Of a DNA stretch of 64,000 nucleotides, positions 61,492 through 64,000 are shown piece after piece. The first letter of the stretch is position 1, and the number at the start of each line of letters is the position of its first letter. Made by a program: the position numbers and the translations under genes. This DNA comes from an uncultured Chloroflexia bacterium (GTDB taxonomy: Bacteria > Chloroflexota > Anaerolineae > CG2-30-64-16), in the NCBI GenBank assembly GCA_963774265.1, contig CAVZDU010000008.1, positions 256,001 to 320,000 on the forward strand, written 5' to 3'. Under the pieces are notes generated by a model, which had not been told where the DNA came from, made no database searches, and saw only the letters and a program-made list of their open reading frames with translations.

Positions 61492-61570
61492 AACCTACGA
61501 GACGCTCCCACCCCAAACTGAGACTTCTTTAAGGTTCGCTCGTACGCGAGAGCCGTGGTATCATCCCTGT

Positions 61571-62684
61571 GTGAATGATAGTCTCAACGTTTGGCTGTTG
61601 AATCCCTACGCGGCCGGCTCGCATAAGGCGTGGGCCGATGGTTTCGCCGCGCATAGCCGGCACAACGTGGAGATCATGGAGATGCAAGGCCGCTTTTGGA
61701 AGTGGCGAATGCACGGTGGCGCACTCGAATTGGCTGCGCAAGCGCGCCGTTTGCTCGCGGACGGTACGCGGCCTGACGTCCTGATTGCGACCAGCATGGC
61801 CAACATCCCCGCGTTCTTGGCCTTGATGCGCCGCGAGCTTGGCGCAATCCCCCTGCTGCTCTACATGCACGAAAACCAGCTCACATACCCACCACCGCCC
61901 GGCACGAAACGCGACCTCACGTACGGTATGATCCAACATCTGTCCATGACGGTCGCGGATGCAATTCGCTTCAACTCAGCCTACCACATGAGGGTCTGGT
62001 TCACCGAGCTTCCGCGGCTGCTGAAGCACTTCCCGGACTACACGCACCTGGAAAGCATCGCCGCCACACGCGCTGAAGGCCGCTGTGCTGCCTGTTGGCT
62101 GCGACTTGCACCGGCTTGATCGCTATCGCACGTCGACGAACCGTGAGACCCCGCCTCTCGTGTTGTGGAACCAACGGTGGGAGTACGACAAAGACCCCCA
62201 AACAATGCTGGCTGCCCTTTATGCGCTGGCGGATGAGGGCATTCCATTCCGCGTCGCGCTGGCCGGGGAGAGCTTCCGGGTGCAACCCGCTGAATTTGCA
62301 GCCGCATGCGAGCGGCTCGGTCCACGTTTGGTGCACTACGGTTATGCGGAGAGTGAAGCGGAATATGCACGTCTGCTATGGTCGGCCGATATCGTGCTCA
62401 GCACCGCGATTCATGAGTTCTTTGGGGTGGGCATTGCCGAGGCGCTCTATTGCGGCGCGTCCCCGGTGCTGCCCCGGAGGCTCAGCTATCCCGAATTGCT
62501 GCCGGTCGCCGCGCACGAACGCTGCCTTTACGATGACTTCGAGGGACTTATTTCGCAGTTGCGCGCCGCGCTGGTGCAGCCCCACGCTCTGCCCCAGCTG
62601 GCCTCCCACGCGGCCACGTTCGACTGGTCAGTGCAGGCGCCGGTGTATGATGACCTCTTGCTCGCCCTAGCAGGTCACATCTGA
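61571..62684 (+). CDS. DUF3524 / GT-B glycosyltransferase (GTDC1-like) (frameshift near 62075)
   Basis: [51 protein letters not shown]. Confidence 0.85.
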
Positions 62685-63011
62685 ATCAGTGTGGAGGATC
62701 TCAACGTCGCTGGCCTGGACGCCGCGGGGCCCGTGGGTGATGGAGAACTCAACCAGTTGGCCTGCGCAGGGGGTCTGTTCCGGACGCAGGCCGGATTTGT
62801 GCAAGAATACATCTGCGCCTTGAGCGGGCGAGATGAAACCGTAGCCCTTCCCGCGACTGTACCATTTGACGATGCCGCGCTGCCGGCCTGCAGCCGGTGC
62901 GAGCTTGCGGCACATCGGGCAGCAGTCCGGTCGGGGATCGCACTGTTCTCCGGCGGTCCACACGAATGGGGTGTCACAAAAGGCGCATTTAATGATCTGA
63001 TCAGCGGTCAT
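62667..63011 (-). CDS. Zinc-ribbon plus cold-shock domain protein
   Basis: CAFCDTPFVWTAGEQ..CPMCR; GIVKWYSRGKGYGFI..DVFLHKS..GPRGVQA. Confidence 0.85.
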   Translation of the reverse strand: MTADQIIKCAFCDTPFVWTAGEQCDPRPDCCPMCRKLAPAAGRQRGIVKWYSRGKGYGFISPAQGADVFLHKSGLRPEQTPCAGQLVEFSITHGPRGVQASDVEILHTDSDVTC

Positions 63012-63012
63012 T

Positions 63013-63041
63013 TTGACAAGGATCGGGCCTTACGTTAAAAT
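63013..63041 (+). promoter_or_regulatory. sigma70 promoter of tRNA-Cys
   Basis: TTGACA-N17-TAAAAT. Confidence 0.75.
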
Positions 63042-63053
63042 GGCGGTCGTTAT

Positions 63054-63124
<71 letters not shown>

Positions 63125-63131
63125 TTCGCAG

Positions 63132-63159
63132 AAGGGCCGGCACTGAGTGCCGGCCCTTT
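63132..63159. terminator. Hairpin terminator after tRNA
   Basis: AAGGGCCGGCAC-TGA-GTGCCGGCCCTT. Confidence 0.75.
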
Positions 63160-63163
63160 GACG

Positions 63164-64000
63164 TTAAGGGGATCGACGAAGCGCATCCCGAATCTGGCTC
63201 ATATGCTCGTCCCAATGCTGGTCGGCCTGAAGCAGGTTATGGCCGATACGCCAGTAGCTGCCCCGGTGCACCACGACCTCATCCGGCAGGGCGGCGATAA
63301 TCCCTTCCGTTTCGTGAAGGCTGTCGTGCACTGCGCCGAGCATCTGTTTGACAGTGGGATTCACCGCCAGCAGCGCAGACAATCGGGCGGAGACGTTGGT
63401 CGAGTCGGTGTATCGATCAGAAAAACGCTCATCGTCGTTGATGATATCGGTGAGCCAGGTGTGCGTTTCGCGCTCAACAATGACAAGGTGCGCCACCACT
63501 TCGAGGGCGCTCCATTCACCCGGGGCAGGCCGCAGATTGGCCTCACTTTCTGGCACGCCTGAAAGCAGCGAATCGAGCATGTCCAGCAAACGCGAGTCTG
63601 ATCTGGCGAAGTACGGCGGCCAGGCCGGCAGGGGTGGACGGGATGTCGGGTAACAGCCGGGACGATAGGACTATCGGTGAAACGTGGCGTGCTTTGCCTC
63701 GATAAAAGACGATTTCGACGATGTCGCCAGAACGTTTGCCCTGCAGTGCGCCGACGAGTGCGGGGAAATCACGCGTGGGCTTGCTATCAAGTTCGACGAT
63801 GATGTCATTGCCCTGCAACCCGGCCTTGGCAGCCGCGAAACCGGGAACGACCCCGGTCAATCGGATGCCCTCGGTAACAGGCACGCCGAGCCTCTGGGCG
63901 ATCTGGACGTTAAAATCTTCCAGTGTAATGCCCAACATCGGCCTGCGGGTATAACGCAGGTCTTCGCCTCTTTCCAGAAGCGACTGCAGATTCTCCAGCC
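63164..64000 (-). CDS. PDZ plus DinB-like domain protein (5' partial; frameshift near 63600)
   Basis: PMLGI..GIRLTGVVPGFAAAKAGLQGNDII (PDZ); RPAPGEWSALEVVAHL..HWDEHMSQI (DinB_2). Confidence 0.8.

Overview
GC-rich bacterial chromosomal window, most consistent with Chloroflexota (Anaerolineae/Caldilineae-like). This taxonomy is an inference from Pro/Thr-rich linkers, many lipoproteins, SH3b and DUF2723 proteins. In order: end of an ABC transporter operon; trimeric [FeFe]-hydrogenase hydCBA; an IS4/IS10-like element with 18-bp IRs and 9-bp TSD; a DUF433/PIN toxin-antitoxin pair; a minus-strand cluster with two ECF sigma/anti-sigma pairs and lipoproteins; a lipoprotein nirS with an extra cytochrome c domain; rocD; a nucleoside kinase; uup; SAM-I riboswitch-metX-metW; MFS, nudC, hemW; an FHA-wHTH regulator and Ser/Thr kinase; a GH3 protein; a Mutator-type IS with 8-bp TSD; udg; M24 peptidase; larEBC; sodB; a response regulator/coiled-coil/TM-SH3b/Rab-like GTPase/histidine kinase cluster; moeA; an LPEV-repeat protein; gyrA; murI; rplI; tRNA-Cys. 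Many genes, mostly in the first ~23 kb, are split by single-base frameshifts that look like long-read indel errors, so their boundaries are reconstructed by eye. Best candidates for new biology: (1) a zinc-binding anti-sigma factor fused through one TM helix to two tandem sugar-type solute-binding domains, coupled to an ECF sigma, with matching ECF-type promoters before neighbouring genes; (2) the Rab-like GTPase cluster with an SH3b-tipped membrane partner; (3) a complete Leu-codon attenuator controlling an orphan 66-aa protein.
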